DNA from: Candidatus Obscuribacteraceae bacterium
GTDB lineage: Bacteria; Cyanobacteriota; Vampirovibrionia; Obscuribacterales; Obscuribacteraceae
Assembly: GCA_044229845.1 (NCBI GenBank)
Contig: JBGASG010000005.1
Location: 64,001-128,000, forward strand
Length of the DNA: 64,000 nt
Reading direction: 5' to 3'
Below are positions 17,548 to 28,600 of this stretch, in pieces. A model generated the notes under the pieces. It saw nothing but the letters and a program-made list of their open reading frames with translations. It did not search any database and had not been told where the DNA came from. Every line of letters starts with the position of its first letter. Position 1 is the stretch's first letter. The translations under genes were made by a program, and so were the position numbers.

Positions 17548-18791
17548 CGGGCGGATGGCGGAAGGTCGACTCGTTTGAGCGTGCGATCGGTTGTGGCGAC
17601 GAGCAACGCTTTGCCGTCGGGGAAAAATTCTAACGCGGTGGGTGTGTCTTTCGCACTCGTGAATTGGTCGTCGGATCTTTCGCCGGATTTTTCGCCGGAT
17701 CTTTCGCCGGATCGCTCGTCGGATCGCTCGTCGGATCGCTCGTCAGCGGGTGGAGAGGCGTCGAGTCTGCCATCGTCGGGCACTGCTGTCTCTAACTCCT
17801 GGCCGCGTGCCAGGGACATTGGCGGTGAAAGCATAGACAGATCGTGAGTGGAGTGAATCGTCAGTTGCATGCTGGAATCGGCAAGGCACGCCAGCACTCG
17901 CTGATCGGGCGAGAGAGCGGTGACGGATGTATAGGACCCCTTCACGATGTGCCGAGCCATCAGCTCGCCATCCTCGGCATTGATTAGATAGATGCCCGAA
18001 TGTTCGCCGCCCGCGAGCATGATATTTGCGGCGAGCAAGTTCTCCGCCTCAACCAGGTGCAGGTCGGAGATGACGTCGGCTCGCAGATCCATATCCCAGA
18101 GCAGTGCACCGCTCGTCAGGTCGATGCAGCGGAGCGTTTCGCGTTCTGCGCCGTAATAGTGGTTGAACGAGTAGAACAGCCGCGTTCCCGCTTCGTCGAT
18201 CACCAGGGCGGAGATTGTGTGGTGCTCCGGCAAGTCTTGCCAGTAGATGTCACCACCTGTGGTTAGATCAATTACTCGTACCGATGAAACTTCGTGCACT
18301 GAGTATTCGATGTCGCCCACGACCAGCAGCTTGCCACCGTCGGCGAAGCGCACGTGCCCGCGGATTTTCTGTTCGTCGTCGGTGCCGCAGATGACGAGGC
18401 AGTCGCGTTTTTCGAGGTTCCACAGGATGACGCTGTAGTCGTGGCTTGCGGATGCAATCAAACCGGAATGCGGGTCGACCGCCAGATTGTAGATGCCGTG
18501 AGCATGTCCTTCGAGGATGAGGAGTTCGCGCTCCTCGATACTATCGAATACTCGAATTTTACTGTCGGCTCCCGCGAGGTATCCTCCGCCGGCAACGACT
18601 ACCGAAGTTTCGTCAGGAAGAAACTTGATTGCCAGGATCGCGGCGCCGTGCCGCATGCCGGGCGAGCCGCCGGCACCGAGCGAGCCGCCCGCACCATCTA
18701 TAATGCGCCAGTTCTCCGGCTGAAACGGAAACACACTCGCCAGGTGCTCCCACCATTCGGTTCGCTGTTCCTGAGTTAGCGAGGCAGTCAA
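17541..18791 (-). CDS. WD40-repeat beta-propeller protein
   Basis: LEGHAHGIYNLAVDPHSGLIASASHDYSVILWN; FFPDGKALLVATTDRTLK. Confidence 0.85.
   Translation of the reverse strand: MTASLTQEQRTEWWEHLASVFPFQPENWRIIDGAGGSLGAGGSPGMRHGAAILAIKFLPDETSVVVAGGGYLAGADSKIRVFDSIEERELLILEGHAHGIYNLAVDPHSGLIASASHDYSVILWNLEKRDCLVICGTDDEQKIRGHVRFADGGKLLVVGDIEYSVHEVSSVRVIDLTTGGDIYWQDLPEHHTISALVIDEAGTRLFYSFNHYYGAERETLRCIDLTSGALLWDMDLRADVISDLHLVEAENLLAANIMLAGGEHSGIYLINAEDGELMARHIVKGSYTSVTALSPDQRVLACLADSSMQLTIHSTHDLSMLSPPMSLARGQELETAVPDDGRLDASPPADERSDERSDERSGERSGEKSGERSDDQFTSAKDTPTALEFFPDGKALLVATTDRTLKRVDLPPSARG
17668..17744 (-). repeat. 12-bp intragenic tandem repeat encoding (D/G)E(R/K)S x6
   Basis: TCGYCGGATYKY units; protein DERSDERSDERSGERSGEKSGERS. 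Confidence 0.85.
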
Positions 18792-19910
18792 TTAGACGAT
18801 GCCGGCTTTGAGCAGGTCTTTCAGGTGCAGGACGCCAACCGGACGTTGCTTCGCATCGACAATCAGCAAATCGGAGATGGAGTGTTTCTCCATAGTCTTC
18901 AGTGCTTCGACTGCCAGCGATTGTGCGGCGACCGTCTTGGGATTGAGCGTCATGATCTGGCGCGCTTCTTTATCGAAGGCGTTGGTGGCATATTTGACTT
19001 GCGCGCGGCGGATGTCACCGTCGGTGATGATACCGGCGAGCACGCCGTCTGCATCGACGACGGTGGTGAAGCCCAGTTTCTTTGAGTCGACCTCTTGCAA
19101 AACCAGGGCATAGTCGGTGTCCAGCGCGACTTGCGGAATTTGCATTCCGCGGCGCATGACGTCTTGCACCATGAGCAGCTGGCGTCCGAGGTTGCCGCCG
19201 GGATGCGAGCGTGCGAAGTCTTCGGCTTTGAAGCCCTTGCGCTGCATGAGAACGATGGCGAGTGCGTCGCCCAGTGCAAGCGCCGCGGTAGTTGAAGATG
19301 TTGGTGCCAAATTGAGCGGGCAGGCTTCGCGTTCGACGCTGGTATCGAGGGCGACATCAGCGACTTTTCCGAGCGTCGAACTCAGATCGCCGGTCAGCGC
19401 GATGACTTTGATTCCGAGGCGTTTGATTGGGTCGATGGCGAGTTTGATTTCTTGGGTTTCGCCGGAGTATGAGAGCGCTATGGTCAGGTCGCGTTCCTCG
19501 AGCATGCCGAAGTCGCCATGGCGCAATTCGGCGGGGTGAACGAAGAATGCCGGTGTTCCCGTCGATGCCAGTGTGGCGGCAATTTTGGAGCCGATGTGCC
19601 CGGATTTGCCCACGCCTGTGACCACGACTTTGCCGGTGCAGCTCATTAAGAGGTGGATGGCTGAGTCGAAAGCCTCAGTCAGCTTGGCGCTGACCCCCAG
19701 TATGGCGTCGGCTTCCATTTGCAGAACCTGGCGCGCCTGTTCCACTAATATGGAACCGCCGGCGCCCGCCGCCGTGCCTGCATTCGTCGACGTCGCCGCC
19801 GCTGCTGCCGCCCCAATTCCGGCGCCCGGAGACGCGGAAAGAGCGCCGGTGGCGGCTTTATCGCCCTCCGTCGGTGGCTGGCAGGGTAGTATATCTCCTG
19901 GAATACTCAC
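18792..19910 (-). CDS. kdsD: Arabinose-5-phosphate isomerase (KpsF/GutQ family; SIS + 2 CBS)
   Basis: GVGKSGHIG.KIAATLASTGTP, HGDFG, EACPLNLAPTSSTT, HPGG, GIITDGD. Confidence 0.95.
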   Translation of the reverse strand: MSIPGDILPCQPPTEGDKAATGALSASPGAGIGAAAAAATSTNAGTAAGAGGSILVEQARQVLQMEADAILGVSAKLTEAFDSAIHLLMSCTGKVVVTGVGKSGHIGSKIAATLASTGTPAFFVHPAELRHGDFGMLEERDLTIALSYSGETQEIKLAIDPIKRLGIKVIALTGDLSSTLGKVADVALDTSVEREACPLNLAPTSSTTAALALGDALAIVLMQRKGFKAEDFARSHPGGNLGRQLLMVQDVMRRGMQIPQVALDTDYALVLQEVDSKKLGFTTVVDADGVLAGIITDGDIRRAQVKYATNAFDKEARQIMTLNPKTVAAQSLAVEALKTMEKHSISDLLIVDAKQRPVGVLHLKDLLKAGIV

Positions 19911-19998
19911 TGTTTGGCTCGAAGTGCCTGTTTCAAGTAGCCGTCATTCTAGCTACTCAAAATTGGTTCTTGCTTGAGACAAGTTTAGGGAGCCGAGC

Positions 19999-20790
19999 TT
20001 AAGAAGGATTTAGAAACCGCACCAGCGACCCATCCAGCGCTACGGCGGTCTGAAAATCGCGTTCCGCCAGTCGGTTGTTGCCGCACGCTATGTGACACTG
20101 CCCGCGGCTAAAGTAAAGCAGCGCGGTCGCCGGCGACAACATAATCGCCCGGTCGAAGTCCTTGATCGCCCGAATCTGCCAGCCCAGCGCTGTCTGCGCC
20201 TGTCCGCGGTGGTGATAAGCCATCGGTTCGTTCGGGTCGAGGCGAATCGCCTCATCGCAGTCCTGCAGTGCCAATCGCGGCTGCCGGTCCACCAAATAAA
20301 TCAGCGCCCGCGCCGTAAAAAGCGCCGCGCAATCAGGATAATGCTGGATTCCCTGCGTGTATTCGTCCATCGCCGCAGCTGTATGTCCCAGCTGATGCCG
20401 CGCGCCGCCGCGCTTCAGATATAGCTCGGGGCTCGACATGCCTTTCTGCAGCGCCTGGTCCAGGTCTTTGAGCGCATCGCGCCAGTGTCCACGGTCACAC
20501 AGCGCCGTCGCGCGTTGCATATAGAGCCGCCCGTCCTCCGGCGACAACATCAGCGCCTTCGAAAACTCACGAATCGCGATGTCCAGGTCTCCGCTCCGTT
20601 GCAGCGCCATTCCGTATCCCATGTGCACCTCAGCAATTCCGTCGCCCAGGTAGGTAGCCGAGCTGAATTCCTTCATCGCCTCATCCAACTGATCGGATTC
20701 GAGCAGCTCAAATCCGCGGCGGCAATGCTTGATTGCCAGCGAATTCATGTTCATTACAGGGAGATGGGGGTCGGTGTTGATACAACTCAT
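19999..20790 (-). CDS. Tetratricopeptide repeat protein
   Basis: About seven 34-aa TPRs (e.g. ALQDCDEAIRLDPNEPMAYHHRG). Confidence 0.88.
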   Translation of the reverse strand: MSCINTDPHLPVMNMNSLAIKHCRRGFELLESDQLDEAMKEFSSATYLGDGIAEVHMGYGMALQRSGDLDIAIREFSKALMLSPEDGRLYMQRATALCDRGHWRDALKDLDQALQKGMSSPELYLKRGGARHQLGHTAAAMDEYTQGIQHYPDCAALFTARALIYLVDRQPRLALQDCDEAIRLDPNEPMAYHHRGQAQTALGWQIRAIKDFDRAIMLSPATALLYFSRGQCHIACGNNRLAERDFQTAVALDGSLVRFLNPS

Positions 20791-21046
20791 AGCTATCGCC
20801 CGCTGAGTGCCATACTCAGGAGTCTATTTTTTCTGCGGGGGTCTACCAAGGCCTTTAATGTACGCCCGAGTTGACCTTTGGGGAATGGGCAAACTACGTA
20901 GTAGACGATAAATTTTGCGCTGCGGCTGGGCTTTTCAGCTGACCGCGCCAACGGGTGTCACTGCATGCTGGATGTCGCCGCCGTCGGTCGCGCACCACAT
21001 CTGGTGGCAGGCGAATTTGAATGTCAAGTGCTCTGTGCGAAGGAAA

Positions 21047-22180
21047 CTATCTCGCCAGTGCCACCACCAACCTATCTATAAGGATGGCGATGAAACAGCC
21101 GATGCTGACGAAACCGTTGGTTGTGAAAAACGCCGCGTTCACCTTCGAGAGATCGTCGGGTGCCACCAGCGTGTGCTCGTAAAGGAGCATCGAACCGACG
21201 ACGGCCACGCCGACCCAGTAAGCAACACCGAGAGAAAGGATGACGCCCAGTGCGGTCAGTGCGGCCAGCGTGACGATGTGCAATGCGGTTGAAACGCACA
21301 GCCCGCCCAAAATACCGAAGCGCGCCGGCAAGCTGTGCAGCGCCGCGCCGCGGTCGAAGTCTACATCCTGGCACGCATAAATCAGGTCGAAACCGGCTAC
21401 CCATGTGCCAACCGCCAGTGCCAAGATCCAGGGCGCCGGTTCGGCGAGCGAGCCGCCCGCAGCAATCCAGCCGCCAAGCGCAGCGCCGGCAATCGCGATG
21501 CCCAGTGCGAAGTGGCACATCCAGGTAAAACGTTTCGTGAACGAATAAAAGCTCAACCAGAGAATCGCGACCGGTGAGAGCCAGACGCAGATGAGCGGCA
21601 GATGCACAGCTGCGAAGATCATGAGTGCGAAGGAAAGAAACGCGAACACAGCCGCCGGCAAGCGACCGATGCGTCCTGCCGGGATGGCGCGGGTGCTGGT
21701 GCGCGGGTTTAATGCGTCGTAGTTGGCGTCGATCAGGCGGTTGAGCGTCATGGCTGCGGCGCGAGCGCCGGCGAATGCCAGGATTGTCCAGCCCACTGTC
21801 GCCCACGTCGGAAGTTTGTCTACCGCCAGAAGCAGTCCAGAGAGTGCAAACGGCAGTGCGAAGACCGTATGCTCTAGTTTGATCATCTCCGACCATTCGC
21901 GTGCCTGGCTAAGCGGTCCAGCGGGCGGGGCGGGTGCTGGGGTTGCGGCAGGTGCTGCGGTTGCGGCGGATTCGGCGGGCGCGGGGGGTGCGGAAGATGC
22001 AGCAGTGGCTGAGGCTGCCGACTCAGGCGTTTCGATGACTGCAACAGACGTCACGGCGGGTGCGGCAGCCGGTGCTGGCGCAGTTTCTGGCAGGCAACTG
22101 GTCGGCTGCGCTTGGTCCGCACCTGCGAGATTCGCGTCCAGGCGTTCTACTGGCGATAGTTTTGGAATCTGTTGGTTCAT
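21047..22180 (-). CDS. UbiA-family prenyltransferase (UbiA/MqnP-like)
   Basis: MIKLEHTVFALPFA, NRLID...DALNPRT..RAIPAG, YSFTKRF, GFDLIYACQDVDFD. Confidence 0.92.
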   Translation of the reverse strand: MNQQIPKLSPVERLDANLAGADQAQPTSCLPETAPAPAAAPAVTSVAVIETPESAASATAASSAPPAPAESAATAAPAATPAPAPPAGPLSQAREWSEMIKLEHTVFALPFALSGLLLAVDKLPTWATVGWTILAFAGARAAAMTLNRLIDANYDALNPRTSTRAIPAGRIGRLPAAVFAFLSFALMIFAAVHLPLICVWLSPVAILWLSFYSFTKRFTWMCHFALGIAIAGAALGGWIAAGGSLAEPAPWILALAVGTWVAGFDLIYACQDVDFDRGAALHSLPARFGILGGLCVSTALHIVTLAALTALGVILSLGVAYWVGVAVVGSMLLYEHTLVAPDDLSKVNAAFFTTNGFVSIGCFIAILIDRLVVALAR

Positions 22181-22482
22181 CTCTGTACCGATATCTATTT
22201 GGTCCAGTTCGATATCTGGTGATTCATTTAGTTCAGTTTATGATGCGCGCGTTGCCTCCTGTCATTCTAGAAAAACGCGACCGCTTGCGCCTTTGCAACA
22301 ACTCACAAATGGCTTGAGATGCTGGCGCAGCTTGAAGTTTCCATCGTAAACTGGCATCATAAGCCATGCTTCTGGCGTAGCAGAAGCCCATCCAAGGAGT
22401 GGCAGTCCGGCGGTCTTGACTACTTGCGGCGTGACGACGTCTGCAGCAGCCGACCAGCGACCTGCCAGAGGAACGACAAATA

Positions 22483-23028
22483 ATGATGCAAAACCCCAAC
22501 GCACAAAAACCGTTCAGCCAAGCCGCCGGCACCACAATCAATTTGCAGGGCGTCGCCGCATTCGTAGGACTGGTCGAATTGATCGCCCAGGAACTCGGCA
22601 CGCAAGCCGGCAAAATTCAGGGTCTGCTCCCGTCTGGACAAGCCTTCGAAGAGCTGGTCGGCGAGATTCAATGCGCGAGCCAGGGCTTCGTGCGCACCGT
22701 GACGTTGTTCGGCAAACCGCATCATCCGCTGAAGATGCACTTCCAGGTCGCGTGGCGCGATCCGTACGCCGATGAGAAGGGCGTTGTCGGCGGCGTCGAA
22801 GCGACGTTCTATTTCAACGTCACCGTCGAGCAAATCGGACCGCAAGGTCGCGCGCTTGCCAGACACGTGGAAGACACGTTCTCGCTGCTCGATCGCATGG
22901 TTACTCTCGGTCAGTCCGGACGGCTGTCAGCCATGTCCGTGAGCGAAGCCGATTTGCAGCAATTCGAACAGCAAGAAGCCGGCAACCTCGTGCGCACTCA
23001 TACGCCGAAGAACCCCGGCGAAGAGTAG
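22483..23028 (+). CDS. Hypothetical protein (181 aa)
   Basis: GAGG RBS, typical codon usage, followed by a hairpin; no motif recognised. Confidence 0.7.
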   Translation: MMQNPNAQKPFSQAAGTTINLQGVAAFVGLVELIAQELGTQAGKIQGLLPSGQAFEELVGEIQCASQGFVRTVTLFGKPHHPLKMHFQVAWRDPYADEKGVVGGVEATFYFNVTVEQIGPQGRALARHVEDTFSLLDRMVTLGQSGRLSAMSVSEADLQQFEQQEAGNLVRTHTPKNPGEE

Positions 23029-23056
23029 CGAATACGAAATTCGCTGTTCAGGTTTA
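23023..23056 (+). terminator. Probable terminator hairpin
   Basis: GAGTAGCGAAT-acgaa-ATTCGCTGTTC. Confidence 0.45.
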
Positions 23057-23122
23057 TGGCACAAGGGTTTCGGTGTGTCGTTCGTCTCGCGTGCTGTCAG
23101 GACTCGCTAATAAGTCCTGTCA

Positions 23123-23168
23123 GTGTGGATCGGATGATCGTGTGGATCGGTTGATGGTGTGGATCGGT
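23123..23168. repeat. Three 17-bp-period direct repeats with core GTGTGGATCGG
   Basis: Core at 23123, 23140, 23157. Confidence 0.8.
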
Positions 23169-23186
23169 GCTCTCGAAGTCCGCAGC

Positions 23187-23768
23187 TCAAACGGCGCGAC
23201 GAGATTTGTTGGTCATCGAACTGAGCATTCTTCCGAAAGCTGAAAACATGTTGGCGTTTTCGCTGACTTTTTCGCGCAGCGAAGCCATGTCGACTGCCGG
23301 CCAGTCACTGCCGGTAGTGGCGGAGGACATGCGATCGAGAGTGCGCTGCGCACGTGTCGCAACATACGGATTATCATCGCGAATCAGTACTTCCAGAACA
23401 TCAATATCGATGTTGTGGTTCTCAGCCAGGCTGTAGCGTACATCCGCGTCGCAGTCCTGCGCGAGCAGGAAGAGAGCCGCTTTCGGCGTGCGTTGATGCT
23501 CGCCAGCCGAGGCGCGCACGTCAGCTTCCGGATGAGTCGCCAACTTCAGCAAGGTGGTCGCCGAAGTGCGTGGGTTGTTAGCAATGTGAATCAAGATGTG
23601 TTTTGGTGCCGATGCGACAAGTTGGTCAAGTAAGTGTGGATTAGAGTTTGGATTAGTAGCAATATGAAGCATATCGATGGGTCGCTCCTCGTAGAGGTAG
23701 TCGGATTCCCCTGCGAATGTCCGAGTAGGTTCCTGATTTATAGTCGTGCAAAGTTGAGCAGAATCCAT
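23187..23768 (-). CDS. HEAT-like/leucine-rich-variant repeat protein
   Basis: ~24-aa repeats IANNPRTSATTLLKLATHPEADVR, LAQDCDADVRYSLAENHNI, LIRDDNPYVA; ATG 23768 has a GGAG RBS. Confidence 0.78.
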   Translation of the reverse strand: MDSAQLCTTINQEPTRTFAGESDYLYEERPIDMLHIATNPNSNPHLLDQLVASAPKHILIHIANNPRTSATTLLKLATHPEADVRASAGEHQRTPKAALFLLAQDCDADVRYSLAENHNIDIDVLEVLIRDDNPYVATRAQRTLDRMSSATTGSDWPAVDMASLREKVSENANMFSAFGRMLSSMTNKSRRAV

Positions 23769-24260
23769 TTCGGATCTCCCGTGGTGGAGTAAGGGAAAAG
23801 CAGGTAGCACAATTCATTTATAGCCAGACGCCGTGCACTAATCTATACGGGTTCACGCATTTCTTAGACAGCACAAATCACATTTTCTGCATATTTTTCC
23901 AGACATAGGCTGTTGAATCCCACCTTGCGCCCCGTCCGGTGCCTCGCCAAGCCGCTTACGAAGCGGGTTCCGGTGCCACAAATTATGCACGCCAGATTCA
24001 GGCGGAAATGCCCCTATTTGCTCTGAGGGGCCTGTCTAAATAGAAAACTCAAATCGGCAGGACCATGTTGATCTATACGATAACTTCGGTTTGACCGCCC
24101 TGTCGCGCATCCGTCCTCGAAGAGCCGCTATTGATGCGGCTTTTGAAGCATCCAGTCGTTTTCTTTCGCCTTCAACCCTATTATCGTATAGATCAACAAT
24201 TTACTAAGACGACATCCGCACCCCCCGTCCATGACCCAACGGGTGCAAAAACGACCTTAT

Positions 24261-25616
24261 TTATATCGAATTCTCCGGAGCCGCCACCGCTTGCACAGGC
24301 TCGTCGTTGCGCAGGTCGTCGGAAGGGCTGATTACCACATGCTCGCCGCCGTTCAGCCCGGTTTTGATCTCCACTTCTTCCCCGAAGTCGCGCCCGATGC
24401 CAACCTGCTGGTAGTGCGCCTTGCCATCACGCACCACCACTACATACATGCCATCAGTCCGCGTCACGATCGTCGTGCCCGGAACCCGAATCCAGGGCTG
24501 CTCACGCACCGTCGTCACCTTCACCTCCGCATACATCCCGGGCAAAAGAGCATGGTCCGGATTGTCTATCTTGATCTCAGTTTGCCTCGTGCGCGTGTTC
24601 GGGTCCAGCGCACCGCTAACGTTCGTCACCGTCCCCACAAACTTGCGCTCCGGATACTCCGGCACCAGCACGTCAGCCATCATGCCCGGCTTCATGTACC
24701 GCGCAATGCGCTGAGGCACACTTATATAGATGCGCAGCGCGTCGATCTTGGCCATCTGATAGAGTTCCAGATTGCTGCTGCTCGAGCCTTTCGTGATCAG
24801 GGCGCCCGGATCGACCTTGCGCAGGGTAATCACGCCATCGAAAGGTGCAATCACCTTCTGGAACCCCTGCTCCGCTTCCAGTCGCTTCACCGCCGCGGTC
24901 TTCGCCAGCACCGCCGATGCCGCCTGCTTTACCTCGGCTTTTCCCACTTCTACCTGAGCCTGCGCCGCCTTCAAATTAGCCTGTTGGGCACTGAGGTCCG
25001 CGTTCTCCGCATCGAGCGAACGGATTTTTTCATCGCGACTTTGCTGGCTTACTGAGCCGCGCATGCACATGTCCTGCCAGCGCTTGGCGGTAATGGTGGC
25101 GTACTGCACGTTAGCCTTCGCCTTCTCCACATCGGCTTGCGCCGTCGCCACTTTGGCATTGTCTTCCTTCACCTGTGCAATCGCATTGTCGTAGCCCGCC
25201 TTGGCCTCAAGCAAATCCGCGCGCGCCTGATCGAGTTCTTCATCGACTGTAGGCGTGTCGATCTCCGCAATCAGCTGCCCCTTCTTTACGGAATCACCGA
25301 TGTCGACGAGGCGGGTCTTCAAATATCCGTCGACGCGCGCATAGATCGTGGTGTACTGAATCGCGCCGATGTTGCCGGGCAAGTTGATCGACTCGGTGTG
25401 GTCAGCCGACTTTGCCGTGATGGTGCGCACGATTGGAACAGCACCCACCGTTTCCTCATGCATCTTCTTCAGTTCGCCCTGACGCATGATGCGCGGCACC
25501 ACTCCGACCATCAGCAGGATGCCCAGCACCACCGCCGCCGCAATCGCGACGTTGATCCACATCGCGTGACTGCGCTTCTTAGGTTCCTGCGGCTCGTAGC
25601 TGTATTGCTCTGTCAT
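24261..25616 (-). CDS. RND efflux periplasmic adaptor (membrane fusion protein)
   Basis: N-terminal TM, IYARVDGYL...VDIGD.VKKGQ, coiled-coil hairpin, APFDGVIT, LDPNTRT, LLPGMY. Confidence 0.95.
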   Translation of the reverse strand: MTEQYSYEPQEPKKRSHAMWINVAIAAAVVLGILLMVGVVPRIMRQGELKKMHEETVGAVPIVRTITAKSADHTESINLPGNIGAIQYTTIYARVDGYLKTRLVDIGDSVKKGQLIAEIDTPTVDEELDQARADLLEAKAGYDNAIAQVKEDNAKVATAQADVEKAKANVQYATITAKRWQDMCMRGSVSQQSRDEKIRSLDAENADLSAQQANLKAAQAQVEVGKAEVKQAASAVLAKTAAVKRLEAEQGFQKVIAPFDGVITLRKVDPGALITKGSSSSNLELYQMAKIDALRIYISVPQRIARYMKPGMMADVLVPEYPERKFVGTVTNVSGALDPNTRTRQTEIKIDNPDHALLPGMYAEVKVTTVREQPWIRVPGTTIVTRTDGMYVVVVRDGKAHYQQVGIGRDFGEEVEIKTGLNGGEHVVISPSDDLRNDEPVQAVAAPENSI

Positions 25617-28600
25617 TTCTCGTCCTGCTGGTGGGGTTCGGTCGCCGGCTTGCCGGTTTCTTCTTTGCGACGCTTGTTCTTATCCTGGCGGCCGCGCATG
25701 ATGCTGAATATTAAAGGGACAAAGAGCAATGTCGAGAACGTCGCCACCGTCAACCCGCCGATCACGGCGCGCCCGATTGGCGCGTTCTGCGAACCGCCCT
25801 GTCCGGCACCGATCGCCATCGGAATCATGCCGATGATCATTGCGGTGGCCGTCATCATCACTGGACGAAACCGCTGGTAGCCCGCATTCAATGCCGACGT
25901 GTGGGCATCGAATCCGTCCTGCCGCTGTTCATTGGCGAAGGTGACCATCAATATACTGTTGGCGCAAGCCACACCTACCGTCATGATGGTGCCCATCAAT
26001 GCCGGAATACTGAAGGTCGTCTGAGTCACGAACAGGCTCCACAAGATGCCTGTGAACGCCCCGGGAATCGCCATCAATATAATGAGCGGATCCGACCACG
26101 ACTGGTAATTAACCACCAGCAGAAGATAAACCAGCACCATCGCAAACACCAGCCCGAAGAGCAGCGCCTTGAAGGCGCTCACCATGCTCTCGACCTGCCC
26201 GGCAATCACCATAAAGCTGCCGCGCGGCAACTTGGGTCGGTACTCCTCGACGATTTTCTTGATGTCCGTCGCCACGCCGCCCAGGTCGCGATCTTGACAG
26301 GCGGCATAAACATCGAAGGTCGGCTGCACGTTGTAGTGATTCACCACCGCCGGTGTCGGCTCACGCCGCGGCGTCGCCACGTTGTAGAGCATCTCAGGCT
26401 GGCGCGGCAATTTGACGCCGGTGGTGTTCTGATTTTCTGCCTGCTGCGCGGCTTGCACCGAAGGATCGCTGGGCGTCAGCGCCGTGATGCCCATGTCATT
26501 CAACGAGTGAATCCGATACTGCGGCGTTTGCGAAGACAGGTAATAGTTGACGCCGTTCTTGTTGTTCAACCAGAAGTTCGGCGCTACTTGAAAGCTCGAC
26601 GACAGCGAAATCAACACGGAGTTGGAGATGTCCTTTTGCGTCAGTCCCATCTGATTGGCGCGCGTGCGGTCGACATCGAAGATAAACTGCGGCGCCGTCA
26701 CCACCTGGTGCACACAAACATCCACAGCCCCGGGCACCTTCTCCACGGCGCGTTTGATGTCGCGCGCAATTTCATAATTCTTGTCCGGGTCCAGCCCGGT
26801 GATGCGTATATCAATCGGAGCCGGCAACCCGGCATTCAAAATCTGCGAAACGATATCCGCCGGCTGGAAGTAATACGTCACTTCGGGGAAGTCGTGGGTG
26901 ACCATCTTGCGGACTTCTTTCTGGTACCAGCCCGTCGGGTGCGCGCGGTGCTCCGACAAGGTGACGAGTATCTCACCGTCGGCTTCGCTGATAGTCTGGC
27001 TGTCGGAGAAGGCATAGTTAACACCGCTGATCGGCATGCCGATGTTGTCGGTGATCACCACAATCTCGTCTGGCGGAATGATCTGGCGAATGCGATCTTC
27101 GATGCTGTGGAAGATGCGCTCGGTCTGTTCGACGCGGGTGCCGGGGCGGGCATTGACGTGCAGGCGCAACTGTCCTGCGTCGATCGCCGGGAAGAAGTCT
27201 TCGCCGATGCGCGGCAAGAGCACTATGAATGAAACTGCGTAGAAGAGCAGGAAGATGCCGACGCCCATCAGGGGGCGATCGAGAAGAAACTCCAGAACGC
27301 TCTTGTAATGCTCGCGCGCGTCCTCAAACCGGTCATCGATGAACTTGTGGATTTTACCGAAGAACGAAATCTGCTTCGGCTTGCCTGATTTTTCTTGTTC
27401 CAGTTGCTGATGGTGCTCGTATCCGATCAGCGCTTTAGACATGAGAGGAACGATCGTCCGCGACAGTCCATAGGACGCCAGCATGGCAAAAACTACAGCC
27501 ATTCCCAGGGGTACGAAGAGCGAACGCGAGGGTTCCGTCAAGAAAATCAACGGCACGAAGACTATACAAATAGATAGCGTCGAAACCAGCGCCGGCGTCG
27601 CCACCTGCTGCGCGCCATCGAGAATGGCTCGCGTGATCTCTTTGCCCAGTCCGAGATTTCGGTGCAGGTTCTCGATCTCCACGGTGGCATCGTCGACCAG
27701 CATGCCGACCGCCAGGGCGAGCCCTCCCAGGGTCATGCTATTGATCGTTTCTCCACAGACATGCAGTCCGACAAGCGAACAGAGCATCGCCAGAGGAATG
27801 GAGGTTGCCACGATCAAGGTGCTGCGCCAACTGCCCAGCAATGCCAGCATCATCAAAGCCGTTAGCCCGGCCGCGGTGACGGCCTCGCGCACCACTTCGC
27901 CGACGCACTCTCTGACGAAGATAGACTGGTCTGTGAGCAGTGAGACCTTGCATTCCGGCGGCACAATCGACTGGATGCGCGGCAAGATGTCTTTGATGCG
28001 ATTGACCACGGACAGCGTGGATGCATCGCCGTTTTTCAAGATGTTGAACATAATGGCGCGCCGCCCGTTGTTGTTGACGATGTTGAGCTGCGGCTGATAA
28101 CCGTCATGTACGAAGGCGACGTCTTTGAGAAACACCACCGCGCCGTTTTGCGACTTGACCGGAATGTCATTGAGACGATCGATGACGGTCGGAATGTTGT
28201 TGAGCGTCATGATGTATTCGTAGGTGCCGATCTTGGCGGTTCCCGAAGGGGCAATGATTGCCTGGTCGTTGAGGACCTGCACGACTTCGTCGGCGGAGAC
28301 GCCGTTGGCGATGATGGCTTGAGGATTGAGGTCAACGATTACCTGGCGATACTTGCCGCCATACGGGAAGGGAATCGTCGCACCCTGGATGGTGGCGAGC
28401 TGGTTGCGCACGAAGTTGTTGGCTATGTCGAACAGAGCGGCCTCAGATAAGGTCTTGCTGGACAACTGCAACTGCAATACCGGAACATCAGTCGCGCTCG
28501 ATACCGTCACGAACGGCGGTGTGATGCCCGGCGGCAGGTAGTTGATGACGGCATTGCCGATAGAGGTAACCATTGCCACCGACTGTCCGATGTCGGTGCC

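Noticed and set aside
20888..20950. GGCAAAC...ACG resembling the start of a c-di-GMP-I riboswitch
   Set aside because: Lacks GCAAA and the second stem, and lies on the strand opposite both neighbouring genes
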